A stretch of 27,983 nt of DNA from Promethearchaeota archaeon (GCA_004524535.1 SDNY01000044.1:1-27983); one strand, 5' to 3'; counted from the stretch's first letter, positions 9,502 to 19,254 are shown. A program made the numbers and translations. Notes: a model not told the origin generated them from the letters alone.

Positions 9502-10977
9502 ATGAAAATTCTATTTGCTCATCGAAATTGTGAATCTTTAGGTATCGAATATATATCTTCAATTTTAAAGCAAAATGGTCATAAAACTGATTTAATTTTC
9601 GATCCTGGTGCTGGGGATATTGAATTTAAAAGCAAGTTAATTACTCGAGTTTTTAAATATGATGATAAAATATTACAGAAGATAAAACGATTTTCACCAG
9701 ATCTAATTGCTTTTTCTTCAATGACAAATATGTTTCCTTGGATTAGACATCTCACAAAACTAATTAAACAGAGTTTTGAGATTCCTATTATTGTAGGAGG
9801 TATACATCCTACAATAGCCCCAGAAGAAACTATAAATTATGATTATATTGATATGATTTGCAGAGGAGAAGGAGAATTTGCCATGTTGGATTTAATTGAT
9901 TCCCTAGATTCAAGGCGAGAACAATATGAGATAAAAAATATTTGGTTTAAAAAAGATCATAAAATCATAAAAAATCCTTTAAGACCTTTACTTAATGATT
10001 TGGATTCCTTACCCCTTCCTGATAAAGATCTTTTTTTTAAATATGGCGCTTTTTCAATCCGCTATTACATAATGACTAGTAGAGGATGTCCTTATAATTG
10101 TTCATATTGCCATAATCATCAATTAAGAGAGATATATGCAAATGATAAACCATATGTTAGATTTAGATCAGTAGATAATGTAATAAATGAATTAAAATGG
10201 GCATTAGAGCGATATAAATTTAAGAAAGTATATTTTTATGATGATGTTTTTGGCATGAACCTCAAATGGCTACAAGATTTTTCTCAAAAATATAAAAAAG
10301 AAATAAATAAGCCTTACAAATGCCTTCTTTATCCCCAAAACATTACAAAAGAAAAACTATCATTATTAAAGAATTCAAAATGTAAAGAGATTGATATAGG
10401 ATTAGAATCAGGCAATCAAAGAGTTCGAAAAGATATTTTAAATCGAAATATTTCAGATAAGGAAATGCTCAAGAGTTTTTCCTTACTAAAGGAAAGTGGA
10501 ATCCAATTCTCAACTCTTAATATTATCGGCGTACCAACCGAAACATTAGATGATCTTATGGATACTTTTCATATGAATTATAAAATTCACCCTAAAGGAG
10601 CTTTATTTACAATTTTATATCCCTTTCCTAAAACAAAAATATATGATTTATGTTTTGAGTTGGGAGAATTAAATGAAAATGGAATTAAAATAATTCATAA
10701 AGGGCTCTCAAGTTATCGAGATAGACCAATTTTAAAAAGAAATTTTGATTATGTAATAAAATTCAATATATTTGCTCCCATATTCCTAAAATTGCCAAAA
10801 TCATTAAATAAATATCTATTTAGATTACCTCCTATAAAATTTTTTAGAATAATTTCAATAATATTTCTTACAACTCCAAAAAATGTCAGGACAAAACTCT
10901 TTGAATTTATTTTAATGTTATTAAGAACATCTGATTACTATAAAAAAATGGAAAAGAAACAAGAGTATTATTATTAA
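9502..10977 (+). CDS. Cobalamin-binding (class B) radical SAM protein
   Basis: N-terminal B12 domain (SLGIEYISSILK..GH, IIVGGIHPT, RGEGE), TSRGCPYNCSYC (CxxxCxxC), FYDDVF, GLESG. Confidence 0.9.
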   Translation: MKILFAHRNCESLGIEYISSILKQNGHKTDLIFDPGAGDIEFKSKLITRVFKYDDKILQKIKRFSPDLIAFSSMTNMFPWIRHLTKLIKQSFEIPIIVGGIHPTIAPEETINYDYIDMICRGEGEFAMLDLIDSLDSRREQYEIKNIWFKKDHKIIKNPLRPLLNDLDSLPLPDKDLFFKYGAFSIRYYIMTSRGCPYNCSYCHNHQLREIYANDKPYVRFRSVDNVINELKWALERYKFKKVYFYDDVFGMNLKWLQDFSQKYKKEINKPYKCLLYPQNITKEKLSLLKNSKCKEIDIGLESGNQRVRKDILNRNISDKEMLKSFSLLKESGIQFSTLNIIGVPTETLDDLMDTFHMNYKIHPKGALFTILYPFPKTKIYDLCFELGELNENGIKIIHKGLSSYRDRPILKRNFDYVIKFNIFAPIFLKLPKSLNKYLFRLPPIKFFRIISIIFLTTPKNVRTKLFEFILMLLRTSDYYKKMEKKQEYYY

Positions 10978-11135
10978 ATCCATATTTGATCCATGGTCAT
11001 CTGTTTTAAGGCTTTATGAAAAAAAAAGGTAGTAATCTTCCTCCTTTAGGATTAGCATATCTGGCATTATAATTAGAAAAATTTGGTCATATCGTGAAAA
11101 TTATTGATAATAAAGTTGAGAAATTAAAGGAGTAA
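10948..11135 (+). pseudogene. Relic of the N-terminus of a second B12-binding radical SAM gene
   Basis: The frame from 10950 reads GKETRVLLLNPYLIHGHLF*GFMKKKGSNLPPLGLAYLAL*LEKFGHIVKIIDNKVEKLKE*. This matches the VLLINP...PPLGLAYLA..L...GH.V.IID signature, with TAA at 11007 and 11070. Confidence 0.7.
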
Positions 11136-11187
11136 AAATTATAAATTTTTAAATCACTTTTTTTTAATATTCTTTCTTTTTATAATT

Positions 11188-12402
11188 ATGACCTTACCAT
11201 TAGAGGGAAAAATTATCCTTGATCTGTCAAGAATGCTTCCTGGCCCGTATTGCACTATGATTTTATCGGATTTAGGGGCAGATGTTATTCGGGTCGAAGA
11301 TCCGAAGTATCTTTACTCTAATGTCCCCCCATTTTTTCAAAAAGGAAAATATCGTGATAGTGCGTTCAATGCTATTCTTATGAGAAACAAGAAATCAATT
11401 ACTCTTAATCTGAAAAAAGAGAAAGCTTTAGAGATATTTTATGAATTAGTGAAAAGCGCAGATATAGTAATGGACACATTTCGACCAAAAGTTATGGAAA
11501 AATTAAAAATAGATTATAAAACCCTTTCCTCGATAAATCCCTCAATTATTTGTTGTTCCTTGACTGGCTATGGGCAGTTCGGACCTTATGAACAATTGGC
11601 AGGCCATGATCTTAATTATATTGGTATTTGTGGAATATTGGATGCAACTAGAGAAAGGATAATTTTCGGTAAGGAAAATCAGGAGAGAAAACCAATAAAT
11701 CCTGGTGTCCAACCAGCCGATATTGGAGGGGCTTTAGTAAGTGCTATTGGAATCCTTAGTGCTATAATCGAAAGAGAAAAGAATCCTGAAAGAAAGGGTC
11801 AATATATTGATATTTCAATGACAGATTCTGTATTTTCTTTTATGCCAATGGCAGCTGCTTTACATTTTGCGAAAGAGTATAATAAAAAAAATAGTGGAGA
11901 AAATATTCTCGAAGGAGGTATGGCATATTATGCGGTCTATTCGACGAAGGATAACAAATATTTGTCAATTGGGGCGATTGAAATGAAATTCTGGCACAAT
12001 CTTTGTGAAGGTTTAGGGCGAGAAGATTTGAAAGGAAAGCAGTGGGCCATTAGAGCAGAAAAAGAGAAGGTATTTGAAGAATTGCAGAAAGAATTCTCAA
12101 AGAAAACACAACAAGAGTGGCTTGAGATTTTTAAAAATTATGATACTTGTATAGCTCCAGTTAATAATTTTGCTGAAGCGTGTGAAGACCCCCAGATCCA
12201 AGCAAGAAAAATGGTTGTTGAAATGGACCATCCCGTATTAGGCAAGATTAAAAATATAGCCTCACCGATTAAAATGTCAAGGACACCTCCAACCATTAGG
12301 AGCCCTGCTCCCAAGATAGGACAAAACACAGCAGAAATTTTGAAGCAATTAAATTATACTGATGAGGATATTCAAAACTTCAAAAAGAATAAAATTATAT
12401 AA
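11188..12402 (+). CDS. Family III CoA-transferase (CaiB/BaiF; alpha-methylacyl-CoA racemase-like)
   Basis: DLSRMLPGPYCT..L.DLGADVIRVE, RNKKSITLNLK, TGYGQFGP, AGHDLNY, catalytic Asp in QPADIGG. Confidence 0.9.
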   Translation: MTLPLEGKIILDLSRMLPGPYCTMILSDLGADVIRVEDPKYLYSNVPPFFQKGKYRDSAFNAILMRNKKSITLNLKKEKALEIFYELVKSADIVMDTFRPKVMEKLKIDYKTLSSINPSIICCSLTGYGQFGPYEQLAGHDLNYIGICGILDATRERIIFGKENQERKPINPGVQPADIGGALVSAIGILSAIIEREKNPERKGQYIDISMTDSVFSFMPMAAALHFAKEYNKKNSGENILEGGMAYYAVYSTKDNKYLSIGAIEMKFWHNLCEGLGREDLKGKQWAIRAEKEKVFEELQKEFSKKTQQEWLEIFKNYDTCIAPVNNFAEACEDPQIQARKMVVEMDHPVLGKIKNIASPIKMSRTPPTIRSPAPKIGQNTAEILKQLNYTDEDIQNFKKNKII

Positions 12403-12413
12403 TTTTTATAATT

Positions 12414-12908
12414 TCAAACTTTATATTCCTCAGGTGTTTTATCCTCTTTATAAGGGCTTTCAGCCAATTCGAATCTGAATCCGACTATCTCTTCTCCTCC
12501 TATCATGTGAACAGGAGGTGATTTTTCACGAAGATCCTCTGGATCTATGAATTGATCCCAAGCAACAGGAAATTTGATGAGTGTTTTAACTCCTTCCTGT
12601 TTGAGTGCTCTTGCTGCTGCTCTTATGTCCTTGACTATAAAAGTGAGATTATGCACTCCAGGTCCTTTTTTGTCCAAATGTTCTGACCATAGAGTCTGAA
12701 TCTTCTCACTTGATGGTTCTATAAATTGTAAAATTACATTGCCGAGTTTTACATGCACTACTTTTACCACACCCATGTTAGACAATGTATCAGAAAATTC
12801 TTTTTCCACGATTTCTGAGCCAAAAATCCTATTTAGAAATTCCGCTGCTTTCACAGCATCTGGTACGACTATCTCTATATGTACTAAAGGTGATAATTCT
12901 ATTACCAT
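12414..12908 (-). CDS. VOC/glyoxalase-family protein, methylmalonyl-CoA epimerase-like
   Basis: HIEIVVPD, LQFIEP, GPGVHNLTF and FELAE metal-ligand pattern. Confidence 0.75.
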   Translation of the reverse strand: MVIELSPLVHIEIVVPDAVKAAEFLNRIFGSEIVEKEFSDTLSNMGVVKVVHVKLGNVILQFIEPSSEKIQTLWSEHLDKKGPGVHNLTFIVKDIRAAARALKQEGVKTLIKFPVAWDQFIDPEDLREKSPPVHMIGGEEIVGFRFELAESPYKEDKTPEEYKV

Positions 12909-12935
12909 TATTTTTCACTTTAATAATATTTTTTA

Positions 12936-13802
12936 TTAGTTATTTTCACTCTTCCATTTCTTAAATTCGTTAAGCAGACCAGATTCATCGAGTTCTTTTT
13001 CCCTAGTTTGACCATCCCTTTGAAGGAACCAATTCATTCTCTCTTTAGCTGCAGGTAAGGCGCAAGCTTTACCAAATAGATACGCTTCTTCAATCAATCC
13101 TTCTACAATTGGTTGTTCCAAAGCTGTTAAAACAGCCTGTTTTGCAATGGCAATTGATTCTGCGGGAAATGAAGCAATTCGATAAGCTAGATCCTCTACG
13201 AATGGTGTTAATTCATCTTGGGGCAAAGCACGATTAATATATCCATATCGTTCAGCTAATTCAGCTGAAAAATCAATACCACCAAGCACGGCTTCCATGG
13301 CACGGGAACGCCCCATTAGTCGGGGAAGCCGCTGAGTACCCCCTCCACCAGGAATAATGCCTACAATTATTTCTGGTTGACCAAGAATTGCCTTACCTAT
13401 TGCCCCAAATCTCATATCAAGTGATAATAAAAATTCACTTCCTCCTCCGCGTGCGATGCCTTCAAGCTTAGCGATGCTTACTTTTGGCATGGTTCGATAT
13501 GCTTCACAAATTGGATGCATACCTGTGAGTTGATTAGATTTTGGGGGTGCTTCATCTGGTAATATTGCTAGACTAGACACATCAAAATGAGCAATAAAAA
13601 AATCAGGATCGGCACTATCGAAGACGATAACTCTCACATCATCATCATTAGCTAATTTTCTCTGGAGACGACTAAGTTCTCCAAGAAGTTCCATATTCAA
13701 AAGGTTCATAGGGGGATTATCGATTGTTACGAAGGCAACCCCTTGATCAATGCGAATTTTTAGCAATTTAAAACGATTGTATTTCATTTTATATACCACC
13801 AT
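12936..13802 (-). CDS. Enoyl-CoA hydratase/isomerase (crotonase) family, copy A
   Basis: TIDNPPMN, ARGGGSEF, GQPEIIVGIIPGGGGTQRL. The true start may be ATG 13787 (GGTGG upstream). Confidence 0.9.
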   Translation of the reverse strand: MVVYKMKYNRFKLLKIRIDQGVAFVTIDNPPMNLLNMELLGELSRLQRKLANDDDVRVIVFDSADPDFFIAHFDVSSLAILPDEAPPKSNQLTGMHPICEAYRTMPKVSIAKLEGIARGGGSEFLLSLDMRFGAIGKAILGQPEIIVGIIPGGGGTQRLPRLMGRSRAMEAVLGGIDFSAELAERYGYINRALPQDELTPFVEDLAYRIASFPAESIAIAKQAVLTALEQPIVEGLIEEAYLFGKACALPAAKERMNWFLQRDGQTREKELDESGLLNEFKKWKSENN

Positions 13803-13969
13803 TTAAATTTTAAGATTAAATAATATTTGAGTTGCTGGAAATATAAATATAATTAATTTATCGATTAAGGTAATATCATCAAAATGGATTTTATAAAATA
13901 AATAGAGGTTTTCTTTTAAATTGAATAAAAAAGAGAAATTAAAAAAAAATTAGTCTTTTCCTTTAATAT

Positions 13970-14797
13970 TTATCTACTTCCGCGCTCCATTTCCCGTGAT
14001 TGACCGTCCATTTTAAGAAGCAGGGACATTCTTTGTTTTGCTGCTGGCAAAGCTACAGCTTGATTGAATAAATCTGTTTCTTCGAGCAATCCTTCAACGA
14101 TGGGTAGCTCTTCAGCAGTTAAAACTGCCCTTTTTGCTAAGGCAATAGTCTCTGGTGGGAGAGAGGCAATCCGATATGCTAGAGCCTTAACAAATGAATT
14201 CAGTTCTTCAGGTCGAAAAGCACGGTTGATATACCCATAGCGTTCAGCCAACTCCGCAGAAAGGTCATTCCCACTAAGAATGACTTCCATGGCTCGGGAA
14301 CGTCCCATCAGACGGGGAAGTCGCTGAGTACCACCTCCCCCAGGGATAATACCAACTAAAACTTCTGGTTGCCCTACGATTGTCTTACCAATCACCCCAA
14401 ATCTCATATCAAGTGCCAGTACGAATTCACTTCCTCCACCACGGGCAATTCCTTCGATCTTGGCAATCGATACTTTGGGCATAGTACGGAATGCTTCATT
14501 AATCTTATTAAATTCATGAAGCTCAGTGGATTTAGGAGGCACTTCATCCGGGAGTTGATTCAATTCCCCAACATCATAATGTGCCAAGAAAAAATCGGGA
14601 TCGGCACTATCAAAAACTATAACCCGTACTTTGTCGTCCGCTGCGACTTCTCGAGCAAACATTTCAAGTTCCATTACAAGGTCAGGGGTTATAAGATTGA
14701 CAGGTGGGTTATCGATTGTAGTAAACGCAACTCCTCGATGCACGCGAATTTTAAGAAGTTTGTATTTTGTATATGACATTTCATCTAGAACCTCCAA
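13970..14797 (-). CDS. Enoyl-CoA hydratase/isomerase family, copy B (tandem paralogue)
   Basis: TIDNPPVN, ARGGGSEF, GQPEVLVGIIPGGGGTQRL. The true start may be ATG 14779 (GGAGG at 14791-14795 on the minus strand). A9 at 13941-13949 is a T tract downstream. Confidence 0.9.
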   Translation of the reverse strand: MEVLDEMSYTKYKLLKIRVHRGVAFTTIDNPPVNLITPDLVMELEMFAREVAADDKVRVIVFDSADPDFFLAHYDVGELNQLPDEVPPKSTELHEFNKINEAFRTMPKVSIAKIEGIARGGGSEFVLALDMRFGVIGKTIVGQPEVLVGIIPGGGGTQRLPRLMGRSRAMEVILSGNDLSAELAERYGYINRAFRPEELNSFVKALAYRIASLPPETIALAKRAVLTAEELPIVEGLLEETDLFNQAVALPAAKQRMSLLLKMDGQSREMERGSR

Positions 14798-15006
14798 TTT
14801 TATAATAACTATTTTAGTTTTTCGCCTTAAATTATTAATATAATTAATCTTTAAACTTTTAAGAAATTTAACTATATTCTAATAAACATATTAAAGATAA
14901 TAAAAAGCAGAAAATCTAAAAACTTAAGGTAAAAGGGCAAATTAAAAATTGTCCTATATATTTTATTTGTATATAATTTAATAGATCGTATCGTTTGGCT
15001 TGAACT

Positions 15007-16035
15007 ATGGTTAAATTAAAATCTGAAGTTAACGAGATTGAAGATGTTATTAGATTTAAGATTGATTTTCCCCCTTTTGATGGCCTGCGGTTTGTTTGCG
15101 TTTATTTATTAAAAGCCGACGATATCAACATCCTCATTGATGCGGGATTACATTTCCGAGACTGGAAGAATTTATTTTTTTCAAGTCTCAAAAACTTAAA
15201 TATAGCAATTAAAGATATAGATTATTGTATTATCACGCATGACCATTTAGATCATTTAGGATTGATGAGAGATTTAAAACGTAAGAATCCTAATCTCCAA
15301 CTATTAATGCACGAAATTACTCACGAGATAATTGAATGGGGAACGAATCCTAATAAATCTAAAGAATTAGTGAATGAAGCAAGGGAACTTGCTAAAAGAA
15401 TGATAAAATATGGTATTTCTGAAAAACAAGGAGATAGAATTGTTCAAGTTCTTACAGCTATGCCAAAATTGGCAAGATATCAAAAACCTGATAAGCTTTT
15501 AGTGGATAACGAAGAAATTAGCATTGGCACAAATAAATTAAAGATTATATGGACACCTGGTCACGCTGTAGGACACATCTGCGTATTTGACAGTGATAGA
15601 CGCTATTTATTTTCAGGAGATCATATTCTTTCCGAAATAACACCCCATATAGGAAGTTTTATCATGAGTCCAACGCTTAAAAAGAAATATGATTTTAATA
15701 ATATTTTGGACTATTATTTAAGATCTTTAGAAAAAATTGTTAAATTATACCCCAAAATAATCTTCCCAGCTCATCAAGAAGTCATATATAATCCATCCGA
15801 ACGGATATTAGAAATTAAAGAACACCATAAAAATAGACTTAAGGAAATCTCAAATATAATAAGGAATAATCCACTAACCCCAGTAAAGATTGCGGAGATT
15901 CATTTTGGAAATGATTTAACCGAGATAAACTCTTTTTTGGCATTAAGTGAAGTACTTAGTCATTTAATCTATTTAGAAGATCAAAAGAAAATAACCAGAA
16001 TTGAAAAAAATGGAAAATTCTTATTTTCCAGCTGA
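15007..16035 (+). CDS. Metallo-beta-lactamase-fold hydrolase with C-terminal winged-helix-like tail
   Basis: LIDAG, THDHLDH, TPGHAVGH, FSGDH, PAH. The C-terminal SEVLSHLIYL is typical of this subfamily. Confidence 0.85.
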   Translation: MVKLKSEVNEIEDVIRFKIDFPPFDGLRFVCVYLLKADDINILIDAGLHFRDWKNLFFSSLKNLNIAIKDIDYCIITHDHLDHLGLMRDLKRKNPNLQLLMHEITHEIIEWGTNPNKSKELVNEARELAKRMIKYGISEKQGDRIVQVLTAMPKLARYQKPDKLLVDNEEISIGTNKLKIIWTPGHAVGHICVFDSDRRYLFSGDHILSEITPHIGSFIMSPTLKKKYDFNNILDYYLRSLEKIVKLYPKIIFPAHQEVIYNPSERILEIKEHHKNRLKEISNIIRNNPLTPVKIAEIHFGNDLTEINSFLALSEVLSHLIYLEDQKKITRIEKNGKFLFSS

Positions 16036-16074
16036 AATATGGTTAGATAAAAAATAAAGAGTTTAATAATAAAA

Positions 16075-16092
16075 ATAATTCAATTGAATTAT
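16075..16092. repeat. Perfect 18-bp palindrome at the GH4 start (candidate operator)
   Basis: ATAATTCAATTGAATTAT is its own reverse complement, with 1 nt between it and ATG 16094. Confidence 0.65.
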
Positions 16093-16093
16093 A

Positions 16094-17467
16094 ATGCTAA
16101 AAATTGCTTTTATTGGCGCAGGGTCATTTGTTTTTGGAGAAAATGTTCTAACAGATATTCTCACTTTACCTTCATTAATAGAAGATACTACTATTTGTCT
16201 GGAGGATATTGATGCACATTATTTAGATTTAATGTATAGATATATGTTAAAGTTGAAAGAGAATTATCCAGAAAAATTTGAAGGAGTTAGCTTTGAGAAA
16301 ACGACAAATCAACGTAAGGCTATTGAAGGTGCGAAATATATTATCAATGCTATCCATGTCGGAGGATATGAAGCCTATAAATTAGACATGGATATACCAT
16401 ATAAATACAATGTAACGCAGTGTGTTGGGGATACTCTTGGACCAGGAGGAGTATTCCGCTTTCTGCGAAACGCCCATGTTATGAAATCCATTTTAAAAGA
16501 TATTGAAGAAGTAGGTTATAATAGTGGAAAAGATGGTGACAAACCTCTCCTTCTAAATTATACAAATCCAATGGTGATGGTAACTTGGTATTGCAATAGA
16601 ATTATGCCTGATTCTACGGTTGGTCTTTGTCATGGTGTGTTTGGTACTGCACTTGGACTTAGGCATGCTTTAGGGCTTAAAGAAGAAAACTTTTCATATT
16701 TATGTGCAGGAATCAACCATATGGCCTGGTTTATTGAATTATTGTACAGAGAAAATAAGTCCTCACCTTGGAAAAATGCGTATCCACTTTTAAATAAGAA
16801 ATTGGAAGAAAATCCGAGATTCGAAGAGGCGGAAAGATTAAGAGTTGATATGGGTAGGGCTACGGGCTATTTTATGACTGAGTCCTCGGGACATTTAAGT
16901 GAATACCTTCCCTACTATAGGAAACGAGAGGATTTATTAGAAAAATACAGAGGTACAATGATTTTTGCTAATTTAGAACATAATTTCAATTATTTGATGA
17001 GTAAAAGAAATTCTGAGAGTGTAGACAAGAAAATTGCCCGAAAATTGAAACGAAAAAAGCTTAAACTTAAAAAAAGACATTCCGGGGAATATGCATCGTA
17101 TATTATGAACGCTATTGAAACCAACAAACCATTTATGTTTAATGGGAATGTAATAAATAAACATGGAGGATTAATCACAAACCTACCAAAAGAATGCTGC
17201 GTAGAAGTACCAGTCGCAGCTGATAGTCAGGGATTGCATCCTCAAGGTGGTATTGAATTACCCACAGTTTGTCAAGCACTATGTATTTCAAATATAATGG
17301 TCCAAAAAGCCGCAGTTGAGGGAGCACTCGAATTAGACAAAGAGAAGATATACCATGCAGTTTTATTAGATCCGAATACTGCCAGCGTTTGTTCACCTAG
17401 AGAAGTTAGAGACATGGTCGAGGAGATGTTTGAAGCAGAGGGTAAATGGCTACCTCAATTTAAATAA
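16094..17467 (+). CDS. Family 4 glycoside hydrolase (NAD+/Mn2+-dependent alpha-glycosidase, MelA-like)
   Basis: IAFIGAGS, GDTLGPGGVFR, LNYTNPM, GLCHGV, AGINHMAW, TESSGHLSEY. Confidence 0.9.
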   Translation: MLKIAFIGAGSFVFGENVLTDILTLPSLIEDTTICLEDIDAHYLDLMYRYMLKLKENYPEKFEGVSFEKTTNQRKAIEGAKYIINAIHVGGYEAYKLDMDIPYKYNVTQCVGDTLGPGGVFRFLRNAHVMKSILKDIEEVGYNSGKDGDKPLLLNYTNPMVMVTWYCNRIMPDSTVGLCHGVFGTALGLRHALGLKEENFSYLCAGINHMAWFIELLYRENKSSPWKNAYPLLNKKLEENPRFEEAERLRVDMGRATGYFMTESSGHLSEYLPYYRKREDLLEKYRGTMIFANLEHNFNYLMSKRNSESVDKKIARKLKRKKLKLKKRHSGEYASYIMNAIETNKPFMFNGNVINKHGGLITNLPKECCVEVPVAADSQGLHPQGGIELPTVCQALCISNIMVQKAAVEGALELDKEKIYHAVLLDPNTASVCSPREVRDMVEEMFEAEGKWLPQFK

Positions 17468-17486
17468 ATCATTTATTTTTTCCATC

Positions 17487-17502
17487 TATATAAATTATTG
17501 AA
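17487..17502 (+). promoter_or_regulatory. TATA box overlapped by AATTATTGAA motif
   Basis: TATATAAA at 17487-17494 and AATTATTGAA at 17493-17502, 24 nt before ATG 17527. Confidence 0.45.
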
Positions 17503-17526
17503 TAAATAAGAGTAAGAACAAGGACA

Positions 17527-19254
17527 ATGAAACATAAGACCTATCCTGAATTTAGTATTCATTATCCCCTACTTCTTACAACTTTTATGAAAAGACCTGT
17601 AAAGATCTATCCAGATGAGATTGGGGTTGTGTACAGAAACCATGTTACTGGTGAATACCAACGTTTTACATGGCTTGAATGGTATAAGCGTACCTGTCGT
17701 CTGGCAAATATATTGAGCTCTCTCGGTGTGAACCCCGGAAAGCCAGGAAACCCAGGTGATAGAATTGCTACAATGGCTCTTAATACGCACAGACACTTAG
17801 AGCTTTACTATGCTGTACCCTGTAGTGGAGCCGTGCTCCATCCAATCAATATAAGGCTTGCTCAAGATCACATTATATATACCATTAATCATGCTGAAGA
17901 TAAGATTCTATTTTTTGATGATTCATTTTTATCTTTAGTTGAAGCGATTTATGACAAAATAAAAGACACTGTAGAGAAATTCGTGTATATGTCGGATAAT
18001 CCAGGATTACCCTATACAAAAATAAAGAATCTTTATGAATATGAAGTGCTGCTTGAGCAGGAATCTGATAAATTTCAATGGGCCTATTTAAGTGAGGATA
18101 ACTATGCCACTCTTTGTTATACTACCGGCACTACAGGATTACCTAAGGGCGCGATGTTCACTCACAGAGCGCTTTATCTTCAAACTTTGCATCTAATAGC
18201 CCATGCCAGTTTTATCAATGATCCTTCCTACGTACAGCTTGGCGAGAATACCGTGTTCATGATGATCACCCCATTATATCACGTCCACGCCTGGTGTGCA
18301 CCTTTCATCTACGGCTTTTTGTCTGCAAAATTGGTATTGCCTGGTACATTCACGGTTGATGGATTCTGCGAGTTAGTTCAGACCGAAAGAGTAACAACTA
18401 CAGCTGTGGTTCCAACAATTCTGGCTTTACTTATTGAGTATAAAGATATAGATAAATATGATTTTAGTAGCCTTAAATATGTTAGAGTGGGCGGTGGAGC
18501 TCTACCGTTAGGTTTAAAAGCTAAAGTTGAGAAGAAAATTCCAGGATTTTCGGCAACATCGGGATATGGAATGACTGAGACCGCCCCAACAACCGTAAGG
18601 TCTTTCGTCAAGAAGTATATGAGAGACTGGACAAAGGAGCGGCTTGATAAAGTAAGAGTTAAAACGGGGCTTCCAGTTGCCGGAATTGAGGTGGAGGTTA
18701 TCACCGAGAATGGAGAGCCCGTTCCAAAAGACAATAAAACTATTGGTGAGATTGTTATTCGTGGCCCCTGGGTAATAGAAAAATACTACAAGAATCCAGA
18801 AAAAACCGCTGAAGTATGGTATGATGGATGGTTTCATACAGGAGATTTAGCCAAGGTTGATGAGGAGGATTTCATAATTATCGCTGATAGGATGTCAGAT
18901 GTTATTAGGAGCGGTTCTGAAATGGTTCCAACAGTGCTTCTTGAGAATCTTGCCAATATGGCTGATTTCATCCTTGAGGCTACCTTTGTGGGTGTCCCAG
19001 ATGAAGTATGGGGTCAGAAGCCGCTTGCAATTATAAAGCTTGTGCCTAATTCCAATAAAACGGAAAATGATTTTATCGAATTCCTAAATAGCGAAGGCGT
19101 GGATAAAGGTAAGATAACCAATTGGATGCTTCCTAAATTGGTGGCCATTGTTGATGAGGTTCCAAAGACGAGTGTAGGAAAGTATAATAAAAGGGAAATC
19201 AGGAATAATCTGGAAAAATATCTGAACATAGCTAAAGATATGAAACAAAATTAA
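17527..19254 (+). CDS. Medium/long-chain fatty acid-CoA ligase (AlkK/DmdB-like)
   Basis: NTHRHLELYYAVP.SGAVLHPINIRL, YTTGTTGLPKG, GYGMTET, WFHTGD, PKTSVGKYNK. Confidence 0.9.
   Translation: MKHKTYPEFSIHYPLLLTTFMKRPVKIYPDEIGVVYRNHVTGEYQRFTWLEWYKRTCRLANILSSLGVNPGKPGNPGDRIATMALNTHRHLELYYAVPCSGAVLHPINIRLAQDHIIYTINHAEDKILFFDDSFLSLVEAIYDKIKDTVEKFVYMSDNPGLPYTKIKNLYEYEVLLEQESDKFQWAYLSEDNYATLCYTTGTTGLPKGAMFTHRALYLQTLHLIAHASFINDPSYVQLGENTVFMMITPLYHVHAWCAPFIYGFLSAKLVLPGTFTVDGFCELVQTERVTTTAVVPTILALLIEYKDIDKYDFSSLKYVRVGGGALPLGLKAKVEKKIPGFSATSGYGMTETAPTTVRSFVKKYMRDWTKERLDKVRVKTGLPVAGIEVEVITENGEPVPKDNKTIGEIVIRGPWVIEKYYKNPEKTAEVWYDGWFHTGDLAKVDEEDFIIIADRMSDVIRSGSEMVPTVLLENLANMADFILEATFVGVPDEVWGQKPLAIIKLVPNSNKTENDFIEFLNSEGVDKGKITNWMLPKLVAIVDEVPKTSVGKYNKREIRNNLEKYLNIAKDMKQN

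Noticed and set aside
11007-11072. TAA read-through or recoding in the radical SAM relic
   Set aside because: TAA ends most genes here and the relic is truncated after about 60 codons, so decay is the simpler explanation.
2-12402. Calling the region a true bai or cai operon
   Set aside because: Similarity is at family level only. BaiE, BaiG, CaiA and CaiT equivalents are absent, so no gene symbols were assigned.
17027-17077. Polybasic GH4 stretch as a nuclear-localisation-like signal
   Set aside because: Lys-rich runs are expected from AT-rich codon bias in a prokaryote.
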